A DNA stretch of 64,000 nt from Nitrospirales bacterium (GTDB lineage: Bacteria > Nitrospirota > Nitrospiria > Nitrospirales > UBA8639): assembly GCA_965203295.1 (NCBI GenBank), contig CBDBCZ010000019.1, positions 576,001 to 640,000 on the forward strand, written 5' to 3'. The stretch's first letter is position 1; each line of letters opens with the position of its first letter. The notes under the pieces are model-generated. The model searched no databases, had not been told where the DNA came from, and worked only from the letters and a program-made list of their open reading frames with translations. The translations under genes were made by a program, and so were the position numbers. Shown one piece after another: positions 9,881-19,821 of the stretch.

Positions 9881-10249
9881 ATGAATTCTACGTTGCATAA
9901 AGCAGTTTCGAGTTTTTATAACCTCGTGTATGAGGGCCAGGCCTTTGCCAGTACAATGGCGAGGATTGATTCGGCGGAGCAAGACCGTTATCTAGGGAGG
10001 GTCGAAGGTCTCAATTGGGTCTTGGATCGCTGCCAGGAATTTGAAGATGTCGATATGAATCTCACCACTGCCTCCCTCCAAAGGTTATTGAGTGATGTCA
10101 AATCGGATTTGGACCACGAATTATCTGTCCAACGAAGGGAAAAGGGTCGGCGGGCAGATGGAAGAGAGGAAGCATTGATTTTTGTTACCGACTATTTAGC
10201 GAGTTTGATTACGGCTACAGAAATCGAGTCGGTTAAAAGTCCTGTCTAA
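9881..10249 (+). CDS. Hypothetical helical protein
   Basis: Strong AGGAGG RBS; two internal similar segments (GRVEGLNWVLD / GREEALIFVTD). Confidence 0.8.
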   Translation: MNSTLHKAVSSFYNLVYEGQAFASTMARIDSAEQDRYLGRVEGLNWVLDRCQEFEDVDMNLTTASLQRLLSDVKSDLDHELSVQRREKGRRADGREEALIFVTDYLASLITATEIESVKSPV

Positions 10250-10310
10250 GAAAAAGGTCCACAGTTTTTCCCTCTCTCCGTGCCAAAAAGCCAAATTTTC
10301 AAATAGCACA

Positions 10311-10547
10311 TTGAGTCGAATGATGGGAAAATCCAGGCTTGTCAGGGAATGGATAATCTTTGCTATTTGTTTAGGAGCAGGTGCTCATATTATCTTAGGA
10401 ATGATTCTCCATGCTCCAGAAAGTTGGCCGCTGTCTACAGCATGGGTCAATGGGATTCTCCTGTCCCTTTCCCTGTATGTCCTGGTTCAAGTAATAAGGT
10501 CGCTGTATTGGTGCTTCCGGTCAACCAATACCTTGAAGGGAAATTAA
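10311..10547 (+). CDS. Small protein with two transmembrane segments
   Basis: Two hydrophobic stretches in 78 aa. Confidence 0.6.
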   Translation: MSRMMGKSRLVREWIIFAICLGAGAHIILGMILHAPESWPLSTAWVNGILLSLSLYVLVQVIRSLYWCFRSTNTLKGN

Positions 10548-10634
10548 TAGAGCGAGGAATTTCCATTTAGACGATCGTTTCTTGAAGACGTGTACGGATC
10601 GAAGTGGACAAAACTCATCAACCAATTGATCCAT

Positions 10635-10925
10635 TCAGAGAATCCCTTCCACGGGAATGCCTTCTTCAATAAGGAGAATAGGAATATTTTCTCTGATCGG
10701 ATAAACCACCTTTCCATCGGAACGAATTAACCCACCCTGGAATTTCTCCTTTACAAGATTTCCGCCCTGATTTTTTAATTCTCCACTATCGATGACTTGG
10801 TTCAGTTTGGAAAGGGATGAGGTATCGATAAGAGAAACACTCTGTTTGGAATCGGGACAGCATAAAATGGCCAATAAGTCTTTGTTTATTGGATCGCTTT
10901 CAGCAGAAATGTTGGTTGAACTCAT
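10635..10925 (-). CDS. Trm112 family protein
   Basis: LLAILCCP...YPIRENIPILL motif. Confidence 0.85.
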   Translation of the reverse strand: MSSTNISAESDPINKDLLAILCCPDSKQSVSLIDTSSLSKLNQVIDSGELKNQGGNLVKEKFQGGLIRSDGKVVYPIRENIPILLIEEGIPVEGIL

Positions 10926-11109
10926 AGGGGTCCCTCATTAACGATTCGAAGTAAAGTTGTATAGTCTTAACCCTATAGGAATCATGTTTCTGAGGCAAGT
11001 CAATCGAAAAATGACCAAAAATAGTGGATAGAAGAATAACTCACAACATAAGTATTACGAAACTTGTTGGAAAAACCCGAGTTCGTTTTTTGAACTTGAG
11101 CGTCTTACG

Positions 11110-11751
11110 ATGATTCATTTTGCTTGGCCACATTTTATAAAACGCTATTTAGTCACGGGGGTCCTTGTTCTTGTCCCAGCCTGGTGGACATTTTTGATTT
11201 TGTATACGCTGTTCTCGACATTGGACCATCTGTGGATTGATCTCCTTGGCCCTGAGCGGTTTGTGGAGATCCCAGGAGTGGGGATTGCTTCATTTCTTCT
11301 GTTGATTCTCATGACTGGCATGATGGCTACCCATTTCTTGGGTCAATGGATTTTGGTACAAAGCGAGGAATCTTTAGGCCGCATTCCGTTAATTCTGAGC
11401 ATCTATAATACATTTAAGGGAATGGCGGATATCTTCAAATTTCTGGAACGTTTCGGAAACAGTTTCGTCGTAGTTTTTCCGTTTCCCAGAGATAGGCTAT
11501 GGGCTTTGGGTTTCGTGATGGGCGTTGCTCCTCCCTCATTACAGGTATCTTCAGAAGGAAGATTACTCATGATATTTGTCCCAACGGCCATTCATCCGTT
11601 TACTGGGTACCTGGCTTTGGTTCCTGAAATAAAAGCTCGAAAGGTTAACCTTCGACCGCAGGAAGCCATGAAAATGGAATTCTCGGCGGGTCTGTATCGT
11701 CCTCCATCAAAATGGTTGGTATTAAAGGATTCAACAAAGGAAGAACGTTGA
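11110..11751 (+). CDS. DUF502 family membrane protein
   Basis: YLVTGVLVLVP, GRIPLI..IY, FVPTAIHPFTGY motifs. Confidence 0.85.
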   Translation: MIHFAWPHFIKRYLVTGVLVLVPAWWTFLILYTLFSTLDHLWIDLLGPERFVEIPGVGIASFLLLILMTGMMATHFLGQWILVQSEESLGRIPLILSIYNTFKGMADIFKFLERFGNSFVVVFPFPRDRLWALGFVMGVAPPSLQVSSEGRLLMIFVPTAIHPFTGYLALVPEIKARKVNLRPQEAMKMEFSAGLYRPPSKWLVLKDSTKEER

Positions 11752-11832
11752 TTCAAAAGAAGGACTCAGTCAGGTTCGAATACCGATTTATTGGCCAGGA
11801 AGCCTGGAGAAGAGCATTGCCTGAACTAGAAA

Positions 11833-12384
11833 ATGTCTTATTCACCATCATTCACAAATTCAGAGGATGACGAACTTCGGTCGATGCTGTTTCAAGTAAA
11901 CATTCGTCCGGGAACGGAGAGTGACCTTGAGGTGTTGGTCCGATTTAACACCGCTCTGGCAAGGGAAACAGAGGAAAGGTGTTTGGATGAAGATCGAGTC
12001 CGATTGGGGACCATCTCCATCTTAAAAAATCGAAGCCAGGGCTTTTACCTTGTCGCGGAAGTACAAAATGAATCTGGCTACCAAATTATCGGTCAACTGA
12101 TGGTGACCTACGAATGGAGTGACTGGAGGAATGGAGTGTTTTGGTGGATTCAAAGTGTCTATGTTGATGCAAATTGGCGTGGAAAAGGAGTGTTCAGCCG
12201 TCTGTACGAACAGATTTGTGATCAGGCCAGGATGCAGGCAGATGTGGTAGGAATCAGATTGTATGTCGAAGAGGAAAATGCGCGGGCGCTGAATACCTAT
12301 AAAAGGCTTGGACTTTCTCCAACTTCCTATCGTGTCTTCGAACAGGATTTTGTCCTATCTCATAAAGGTCAGCAGTCGTCATAG
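11833..12384 (+). CDS. GNAT family N-acetyltransferase
   Basis: EWSDWRNG.FWWIQSVYV..WRGKGVF, RLYVEEENARA motifs. Confidence 0.9.
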   Translation: MSYSPSFTNSEDDELRSMLFQVNIRPGTESDLEVLVRFNTALARETEERCLDEDRVRLGTISILKNRSQGFYLVAEVQNESGYQIIGQLMVTYEWSDWRNGVFWWIQSVYVDANWRGKGVFSRLYEQICDQARMQADVVGIRLYVEEENARALNTYKRLGLSPTSYRVFEQDFVLSHKGQQSS

Positions 12385-12496
12385 AATCCCCTCTATCTTC
12401 TTGAGTCGCTAGTCTGTATGGAAATCTGCGTTCCTAGAGACATCAATTCCGCTTCACGAGAGTCAGTTCATAGTCAAAAGAAACCTCATCTGATTT

Positions 12497-13799
12497 GTGT
12501 CACGGCCTGTCTCAGTTCAGAAGAAAGACCTCAATAGATTCTTTCCATTATCGCAGAGGGTTCTCATGAGTAATCCAACCAACAGGTTAGCACATGTGAA
12601 GTTTTGGTCTTGGGGGATAAGAGTCATGCTCGGGTTTCTGCTGGTCCTTGCGAGTCCTTTCCATTGTCCAGGGACAGCTGAGGCCATGCCTCAAGATGGA
12701 GGAAAGGAGGACTCTCCTGATCAAAGACCAAGGCTCAGAGATTTAGGAATCATGATTGGTCAATTCCCTCCTGGTCCCTATAACGCCATTACTGATGTGA
12801 ATGGGGTGAAGGTTGGACATGTGACTCTTTGGCAGGGTGAGGGGGTTCTTCAACCAGGGAAAGGACCGGTTCGAACGGGAGTGACTGTGATTATTCCACG
12901 TGAAGATGTTTGGAATAAAAAAGTTCCGGCAGGAGCGTTTGTCCTTAACGGAACTGGAGAGATGACGGGCTTAGCTTGGGTCGCTGAATCGGGATTTCTT
13001 GAGTACCCCATTGCCCTGACGAACACCTTGAACGTGCCCAAAGTCGCGAATGGGGTGATGAGCTGGATGATCAAACATCATCCAGAAATCGGCATAACCG
13101 ATGACACCCTGACGCCTGTGGTCGCTGAATGCGACGACAGGTTTGGTTCCGGAGGGAACTGTTGGGGCAGGAACGGGGATGATTTCCTACCAGTTTAAGG
13201 GGGGAATCGGAACGGCCTCACGCCAACTTCCAAATGATAAGGGTGGATATACCGTTGGAGTATTAGTGAACGCCAACCATGGACGCCGAGGCGAATTGAT
13301 GGTGGCGGGTATTCCAGTGGGACGTCTCTGGGATCAATATCAAGATCATACCTTGAATCCCAAGGCGAACGACCAGATTGCGACACGATTCCAAACTGAA
13401 CGGGAGCAACGTGGAGACCAAGGTTCTATCATCATCATTATTGCCACGGATGCCCCATTGGATAGCCCTCAGCTCAGCCGTGTTGCTCGCCGAGCGGTCT
13501 TGGGATTGGCAAGAACAGGTGCGACGTCACACCATGGAAGCGAGGACTTCATCTTAGCATTTTCCACAGGCAATGTGATTCCTCATTATCCTGAGGAACC
13601 GATTTTCACGATGACCCATTTAGCGGATATTCACATCAATCCTCTCATCGCCGCGACTGTTGAAACGACCGAAGAAGCCGTTCTCAATGCGTTGATAGGC
13701 GCGAAAACTGTCGTGGGACGAGATGGTCGAAAAGTCGAGGCGATCGATATCTCAAGACTTCGTCGTATTATCGCTGCCTATAGAAAAGAGAATCCATAA
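12497..13799 (+). pseudogene. DmpA/P1 (S58) aminopeptidase family gene, broken by an internal deletion and frameshift near 13140
   Basis: Frame 1 has NAITDV.GVKVGH, RTGVT, PVVAECDD; frame 2 resumes VPEGTVGAGTGM...KGGIGTAS...GSIII. The segment normally linking these motifs is absent. Confidence 0.8.
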
Positions 13800-13886
13800 G
13801 AGAGAAGAGAGATGTCTTCTACCTTTCCAGTCCTAACTTTTGTTTGACGGGGAGTGAGTAGACAAGCCTGATACGGCATTGTTAGA

Positions 13887-15110
13887 GTGCCTTCCAAGCT
13901 AATGTTTGAGAATAAACCAGCCATGAAATTTCAAGTTGCCGTATCTCGAAACCCCGACGTCGCCCAAGCCGCTGCTGAAGTTGCCACGGCAATAAGAGAA
14001 GCCTTTAACAGGCAGTCTGTAGATCTCGGATTTATCTTTTTTTCTTGTCATTACGCTGAGCAGACAAAACGGCTCGTGGACTTCATTCACCAAGAACTTT
14101 CACCAATGGTGTTATTGGGGTGTATGGGGGAAGGAGTCATCGGAGCGGGAGAAGAGTTTGAAGGTTCCACGGTTGTCACGCTATGGGCTGCCCATTTGCC
14201 ACAGGTTGATCTTCTCCCCTTTCATGTGACATTCACCGAAGGAGAGGGAGCATGTGAAATGAATGGCTGGCCAGAAGAGTTGGCCTCTTATTCTTCTCGC
14301 CCGACATTCTTCCTTTTAGCCGATCCCTTTTCCACACCAATTGAAGAATTATTTAGCAATATAGAAACATGTTGCCCTGGGGCACCAGCTATTGGAGGTG
14401 TGGCTAGTGGGGGTACGGACCTTGGTGAAAATCAATTGATCGTCGATCGAAAAGTCGTCCACGGTGGTCTTGTCGGAGTCGCGGTTTCAGGTGCGGTATC
14501 TATTCGAACCGTGGTCTCTCAAGGCTGCAAACCAATAGGGGATCGTTACGTCGTAACCAAGGCCAACCGTAACATCATCTACGAATTGGGAGGTGTGCCG
14601 ACCTTAAAACGACTCCAGGAAACGCTCGATTCTTTAGGAAAAGAAGGAAGCCGAGAGGCGGCGATGGCTCTTCAGGTTGGTGTCGCGTTTGATGAACATC
14701 AGCAGCGGTTTGAGCGAGGAGACTTTTTGATTCGCGGGCTTATTGGGGCAGACCAGAGCATTGGAGGGGTAGCTATTTCGGATTTGGTCAAGGAAGGGCA
14801 AACAGTTCAATTTCATCTTCGGGATGCCAACGCTACGAGCGAAGAACTCAATCACTTGATGGCCAAGGACCAAATGGATTTTCCCCAAACCCTTCCTCTG
14901 GGAGGGCTTCTCTTTAGTTGCAATACACGGGGACAACGGTTTTTCTCAGAGCCCCATCATGATGTCAACGCGGTGAAGAATCGAATAGGAGCCATCCCGG
15001 TCGCGGGATTTTTTGCAGCGGGAGAGATTGGTCCTGTCGCCGGTCAGAATTTCATTCATGGATATACCGCAAGTGTGGCGTTGTTCTCTGAGCCATCGGA
15101 GATATTCTGA
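13887..15110 (+). CDS. FIST-domain signal transduction protein
   Basis: [48 protein letters not shown] motifs. Confidence 0.9.
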   Translation: MPSKLMFENKPAMKFQVAVSRNPDVAQAAAEVATAIREAFNRQSVDLGFIFFSCHYAEQTKRLVDFIHQELSPMVLLGCMGEGVIGAGEEFEGSTVVTLWAAHLPQVDLLPFHVTFTEGEGACEMNGWPEELASYSSRPTFFLLADPFSTPIEELFSNIETCCPGAPAIGGVASGGTDLGENQLIVDRKVVHGGLVGVAVSGAVSIRTVVSQGCKPIGDRYVVTKANRNIIYELGGVPTLKRLQETLDSLGKEGSREAAMALQVGVAFDEHQQRFERGDFLIRGLIGADQSIGGVAISDLVKEGQTVQFHLRDANATSEELNHLMAKDQMDFPQTLPLGGLLFSCNTRGQRFFSEPHHDVNAVKNRIGAIPVAGFFAAGEIGPVAGQNFIHGYTASVALFSEPSEIF

Positions 15111-15118
15111 AGCGGCGC

Positions 15119-15592
15119 TTGCCTTGGTCATTCCATAATCTGGAAAGGATTGCTTCCATGCCCCAATACCGTTTTTTCTTCTTGGCTATGTTGTTGGGAG
15201 TCAGTGTATGTGCTCTGAACACCGTGTCAGTGCTTCATGCTGAGACTCCCCAAATGGTCACAACCGATTCGGGACTCAAGTATGTTGACGTCATAGAAGG
15301 AAAAGACCGTACGGCTGAGTATGGCGAAACCGCGATAGTCCATTATACCGGCTGGCTCGAAAACGGGACAAAGTTTGATAGTTCGGTGGATCGCAATGAG
15401 CCCTTTCAATTTCGACTTGGAGCGGGCAGAGTTATCCGGGGTTGGGATGAGGGGGTTGTGGGAATGAAAATTGGGTCAAAACGCAAATTAATCATTCCAC
15501 CTCATCTCGCATATGGCCAACGAAGGGCTGGGAGAATCATTCCACCGAATGCGACATTGACATTTGAAGTGGAATTGCTGGATCTTCGGTAA
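15119..15592 (+). CDS. FKBP-type peptidyl-prolyl isomerase, exported; start likely ATG 15158
   Basis: [38 protein letters not shown]. Confidence 0.95.
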   Translation: MPWSFHNLERIASMPQYRFFFLAMLLGVSVCALNTVSVLHAETPQMVTTDSGLKYVDVIEGKDRTAEYGETAIVHYTGWLENGTKFDSSVDRNEPFQFRLGAGRVIRGWDEGVVGMKIGSKRKLIIPPHLAYGQRRAGRIIPPNATLTFEVELLDLR

Positions 15593-15648
15593 ATCAATCC
15601 TCTTGTCACTCAGACCCCCATAGGACTTTCACTTTCACCTTCTCAGAG

Positions 15649-16770
15649 TTGATTTCCTGTATGAAACGAACCCCATTATATGATGCCCATGTGGCACATG
15701 GGGCGAAGATAGTTGACTTTGCTGGTTGGAAAATGCCGGTGCAATATACCGGCGTCCTTGATGAATATTACACGGTTCGTCGACAATCAGGTCTGTTCGA
15801 TGTCAGTCACATGGGAAGGATCAACGTTCGAGGTGGAGGGGCCGTACCATTTTTGCAGCAGGTGACAACAAATGATGTAGCAGCGATTGAGGTAGGACGG
15901 TCTCAGTATTCCATGGCCTGTAACACAGATGGAGGAGTCAAAGACGATATTTTTATTTATCGCGTTAGGTCAGAGGAATTTCTCCTCTGTGTCAATGCCT
16001 CCAATCGAGAAAAGATCATGATCTGGTTGATGGAGCAACATGGCAGGGCTGCGAATAAGCCTGATATTCAGGATTGCTCAGATGACGTTGCCCAGATGGC
16101 TTTGCAAGGCCCAACGTCAAAGGGCATTTTAATGGAGCTGGTGGATAAAGAAGTTGAACAGCTCAAACCTCGTGGATGCTTTCAAACAAAAGTAGGGAAT
16201 GATTCTTGGCTCATCAGCCGTACAGGATATTCCGGTGAGTTGGGGTATGAATTATACGGACCCTCTCATGGAGCGTTGGAGATGTGGAGCACTCTGATGA
16301 AGGGAGAGGCGACCTATGGAATCAAGCCTGCAGGACTGGGCGCGCGAGACCTCTTACGTCTTGATATGGGGTATTATCTCTATGGAAACGATTTATCCGA
16401 GGAAACGACTCCTATAGAAGCTGGCGCCGAATGGGTCGTCAGTTTTACAAAAGGAGAGTTCGTCGGGCGAGCCATGATGATGCGTCAAAAGGAAGAAGGA
16501 CTCCTCAGAAAATTTGTCGCGTTTGAGCTTCTCGAAAAAGCTGTTCCTCGACAGGGAATGAGAATATTTTCTGGTGAACAAGAAATCGGTCAGGTGACGA
16601 GTGGGAACCTCTCGCCAATTTTGCAAAAAGGAATTGGTCTGGGATATGTCCTGCCAGGATTTGCCGAAATGAGTGCCTCTCTTCTCATTGAAATCCGAGG
16701 CCGTCGAATCCCAGCTAGTGTTGTGAAACTTCCTTTTTACAAGAGACCAAAGACTCGCACAGCTATCTAA
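15649..16770 (+). CDS. gcvT: Glycine cleavage system aminomethyltransferase; start likely ATG 15661
   Basis: KRTPLY, FAGWKMPVQY, LFDVSHMG, SRTGYSGE.GYE, GLGARD.LRL. Confidence 0.95.
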   Translation: MISCMKRTPLYDAHVAHGAKIVDFAGWKMPVQYTGVLDEYYTVRRQSGLFDVSHMGRINVRGGGAVPFLQQVTTNDVAAIEVGRSQYSMACNTDGGVKDDIFIYRVRSEEFLLCVNASNREKIMIWLMEQHGRAANKPDIQDCSDDVAQMALQGPTSKGILMELVDKEVEQLKPRGCFQTKVGNDSWLISRTGYSGELGYELYGPSHGALEMWSTLMKGEATYGIKPAGLGARDLLRLDMGYYLYGNDLSEETTPIEAGAEWVVSFTKGEFVGRAMMMRQKEEGLLRKFVAFELLEKAVPRQGMRIFSGEQEIGQVTSGNLSPILQKGIGLGYVLPGFAEMSASLLIEIRGRRIPASVVKLPFYKRPKTRTAI

Positions 16771-17306
16771 TGTCCATCGACCCTCTCATGAAACGACATA
16801 TCTTTAAAGGACGAATAATCGATCTCAGCGTTGAAACGGTGACGCTGCCGAATGGTTCAACCGCAGAGCTCGAACTCATCAAGCATCCAGGCGCAGCGGC
16901 TGTGGTTCCGATGAAGGATGAGGGAACGGTTGTCATGGTTCGTCAATATCGACATGCAGTGGGAGGGTTTATCTATGAAATTCCTGCCGGGAAGTTACAT
17001 CCTGGAGAAGATCCTCGCGACTGCGCCCGTCGAGAAGTCGAAGAAGAGATTGGCTACAAAGTGGGGATACTCGACCTGCTCCTCAGTTTTTTCACCACGC
17101 CGGGATTTACCGACGAAATCATCCATATCTTTCTTGGAAAAGACCTGACTCCTGGTATGCAGGACCTCGAGTCGGATGAGGTTCTAGAGATTATGGAAGT
17201 ACCCCTGGAAAAGACCATCGAGATGATCAAGGATGGGACTATCAAAGATGGAAAAACGATTATTGGGCTGCAAGCAGCCTATCTGCTTTCACTTGCCTCC
17301 AGTTAG
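16770..17306 (+). CDS. NUDIX hydrolase (ADP-ribose pyrophosphatase-like)
   Basis: HPGAAAV, RQYRH, EIPAG and Nudix box ARREVEEEIG; DGKT tail. Confidence 0.92.
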   Translation: MSIDPLMKRHIFKGRIIDLSVETVTLPNGSTAELELIKHPGAAAVVPMKDEGTVVMVRQYRHAVGGFIYEIPAGKLHPGEDPRDCARREVEEEIGYKVGILDLLLSFFTTPGFTDEIIHIFLGKDLTPGMQDLESDEVLEIMEVPLEKTIEMIKDGTIKDGKTIIGLQAAYLLSLASS

Positions 17307-17328
17307 TTCCAGGAATAAAAAATGATTT

Positions 17329-17521
17329 AGCGGGGTTTCGCCCCCGCGCGACGAGTCACTTTTGTTTCGGCAAAAGTGACCAAAACCATTTCCGCCCTGG
17401 CGTGGTCCTTTGGATGCCCTGCAAGGCTCGTCTCATCCGGCGGCTGCGCAACTCGCTTCGCTCAAACAGTGCTCGCCGTGTCTCCGGATTCGACTTCGCC
17501 TCTCGGCTACGCCAGAAGGCG
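17329..17521. repeat. Highly structured ~190-bp non-coding element (probable dispersed repeat or MITE)
   Basis: Hairpins gcgggg/ccccgc and gtcacttttg/caaaagtgac (17355-17380); long-range pairings ctggcgtgg/ctacgccag and atccgg/ccggat; GC-richer than flanks. Confidence 0.55.
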
Positions 17522-17597
17522 GCAGGAATTCTTTTGGCCTCATGCTGATTCTAGGTTTGTCATACTACGCCCTCGAATTCCCCCAGCGTGAGAAAGA

Positions 17598-17644
17598 TTG
17601 ACCCGAGGGGGTAAGGGAGTGCGGAGCTCCTCGATCCCCCATGA
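17598..17644 (+). pseudogene. intI: C-terminal remnant of an integron integrase
   Basis: ttg acc cga ggg ggt aag gga gtg cgg agc tc ctc gat ccc cca tga = LTRGGKGVRS(-1 nt)LDPP*, matching the IntI tail LNRGGxGVRSPLD. Confidence 0.6.
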
Positions 17645-17794
17645 GATCCCAAAGTTTTATACGGAACCAAACAAGATCCAAGAAAAGGACGGACAACCCG
17701 GGGTAAGGCCATAAGGACTTTTAAGGACAATGGGTTACGCCGTTTATTGTCTCGAAATTTCAAAGGGCTTATACTGCAGAACCAATGAGGAGGG

Positions 17795-17828
17795 ATCTTA
17801 TACAGAACTAGATAATCCATAGTTCAGT
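17795..17828 (+). other. Putative attI site and cassette-1 start
   Basis: ttatacagaactagataatccata-GTTCAGT; GTTCAGT is one mismatch from the reverse complement of the cassette's R'' (ACTTAAC); related tatacggaac and tatactgcagaac motifs upstream. Confidence 0.5.
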
Positions 17829-17842
17829 GATAAGAAAATATT

Positions 17843-18541
17843 ATGACAAATAAAAAAGAGATAAAAGCACTCGAGCAAAATACTGAAGACGTGATAAAAA
17901 CGACCCTTACTGGCTTAATAGAGGGATTAACTGGCGTTGCCGCATCATCTAAGAAAGAACTGATATTATCAATCAGCCATACGTTTCAAAAAATGCGAGG
18001 AGGCCAGTTTCTTTCACAATTATTAAAGGAATGGAAAAAATATCAAGTTAAGGGAAAAGTAAAAGACGATTATCAATTTACTGAGCAGCATAAAACGTGT
18101 CTTCAAGAATTATTGGAGTTCCTTGATAAGGATTCTCCTAGTGAGGTTAGGTTTAAGATTTTGAAGCAAATCTTTTTGGTTACTGCATCAGAGGAAGCAT
18201 CAGATAGAGACAGCTACCTTCCTCTACAGTTCATGAAAATTGCTCGTTCTCTTACTGATGGTGAAATAATTCTGTTAACAACTATTTGGAAAATTGCCAA
18301 AGAGCGAAATGGGGAATACGAACAGCATTATGGAGCACGCCATTGGATAGAAGAGGTCACGGAAGCCTCCGGCATGAGTCATAGAGATCTCATCGAAATC
18401 CATGAACGAGGCTTAATGGACAAAAGGCTTGTAACCCCCAGGCAACTATCTGACAGCAGTGGAGTGATAGTGAAACCATTTTTTCGCCTTACTACTCTCG
18501 GGTATGAATTTTGTGATTTCATTGAAAAATATGAGGTATAG
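17843..18541 (+). CDS. Integron cassette ORF, hypothetical 232-aa protein with a probable C-terminal winged helix
   Basis: AT-rich; ATG ~20 bp after the GTT core; attC directly after the stop; RLTTLGYEFCDFI tail. Confidence 0.8.
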   Translation: MTNKKEIKALEQNTEDVIKTTLTGLIEGLTGVAASSKKELILSISHTFQKMRGGQFLSQLLKEWKKYQVKGKVKDDYQFTEQHKTCLQELLEFLDKDSPSEVRFKILKQIFLVTASEEASDRDSYLPLQFMKIARSLTDGEIILLTTIWKIAKERNGEYEQHYGARHWIEEVTEASGMSHRDLIEIHERGLMDKRLVTPRQLSDSSGVIVKPFFRLTTLGYEFCDFIEKYEV

Positions 18542-18543
18542 CT

Positions 18544-18613
18544 ACTTAACCTTTCGCCACACCAGTTCCCAAGGGCCAGCGGCCCTTGGGAACTGGTTAG
18601 CTTATCGTTAGGT
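18544..18613 (+). other. attC site (70 bp)
   Basis: R'' ACTTAAC (18544-18550) and R' GTTAGGT (18607-18613); perfect 17-bp inner inverted repeat accagttcccaagggcc/ggcccttgggaactggt; imperfect L boxes with an extra base. Confidence 0.8.
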
Positions 18614-18632
18614 GCTTTCCTGGGTGAAATCA

Positions 18633-18728
18633 ATGTTCCTGGGACTAAGAATAGACCAATGGCTTGGGTTCGCCGCGGTCGCGGCGGTAATCTCTACATT
18701 TGGAAAAAAGGGGTCAGACTCGAATTAA
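18633..18728 (+). pseudogene. 5' fragment of a second cassette ORF (MFLGLRIDQWLGFAAVAAVISTFG...)
   Basis: ATG 20 bp after the attC core; hydrophobic start; frame ends at the GGGGTCAGACTCGAATT motif. Confidence 0.45.
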
Positions 18729-18751
18729 ATTCCGGTTTGGCATTGTCGTCC

Positions 18752-19749
18752 TTACCCCAACAGATATCCTTCTTTTAATGGGTCGTCAGGGCTGATGACA
18801 AATTCGTGGTGGCCGGTGATGTGCGCTTGCCCCTCAACTTCTGGAATGATGGCCTGTTGGTCTCCTACCGTTGTTTCCTTCACCACTGTTCCAGCGAATT
18901 GAGTGCCCAAGATACTTTCAAGTGTAATTTCTTTCCGGTGGGAATCTTTCCTCTCTTGTACAGTAAGGCAAAATGTGCACTCACGCCCGTTCCCGTGGGA
19001 GAACGGTCAAGCGCTCCATCAGCAAAGATACAGACTTGTCGAAAATCCCCTTCAGGTGTCTGGGGCGATCCAACAAAAATTGTTCCATACAGAAACCCAA
19101 GCTCATCATCTGTCTGATGGGCAATCGTGCGTTCAACGGCAATGGCTTTTTTGACGGCCATTCCTAAAGACTTGAGACGTCCTGCTTCTTTGGGTTTGAG
19201 CTCAATCCCGATGGCGTCAGCTTGGCAGAATGCATAGAAGGCTCCTCCAAAGGCCAGATCGTATTGTATGGAGCCGATACCAGGAACGTGAATCGTCTGA
19301 TCGAGTGCCACAACGAATGAAGGCACATTAAGAAATGACACGCTCTGAACTTTTCTTCTCTCAATAAAAGCCTTTGCGGTCACAAGGCCACTAGGCGTGT
19401 CGAATCGGATCGTGGTCAAGGGTTCAGAAACAAGGAATAAATCGTGTTCCACCATGACCGTGGTTAGCCCGATTATGCCGTGCCCACACATCGTGCTATA
19501 GCCCTCATTATGGAAGAACAAGACTCCTGTATCGGCCTTGGGGTGTGAAGGAGAAACCAAGAAGCAGCCGTACATGTCCGAATGGCCTCTCGGCTCCCAC
19601 ATCAATGCTCGTCGAAAGTGGTCGAACTTTTCCAGGCATGTGCGTCGTTTTTCGAGAATGGTGTGTCCTGCAGGGTCTGGAAACCCAGAGCTGATTACAT
19701 GGAGGGGTTCTCCAGCCACATGAACATCAATAGTGGTGATGCGATGCAT
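18752..19749 (-). pseudogene. Proline racemase superfamily protein, Cys/Thr type (trans-3-hydroxy-L-proline dehydratase-like), frameshifted near 18930
   Basis: EPRGH.DMYG, STMCGHG, DRSPTGTG; the C-terminus (ITLESILGTQFAG...IIPEVEGQAHITG...DDPLKEGYLLG*) continues in another frame to the stop at 18752. Confidence 0.85.
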
Positions 19750-19821
19750 AAAGGAATCAAGACACGATGATTCGATGATAGATGAGAAGGTAGATGAAGG
19801 GCTCAGTGGGAGGAGAAGGAG

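Noticed and set aside
17376..17601. 71-aa and 63-aa ORFs in the structured element
   Set aside because: They run through palindromic repeat DNA and have no protein-like features.
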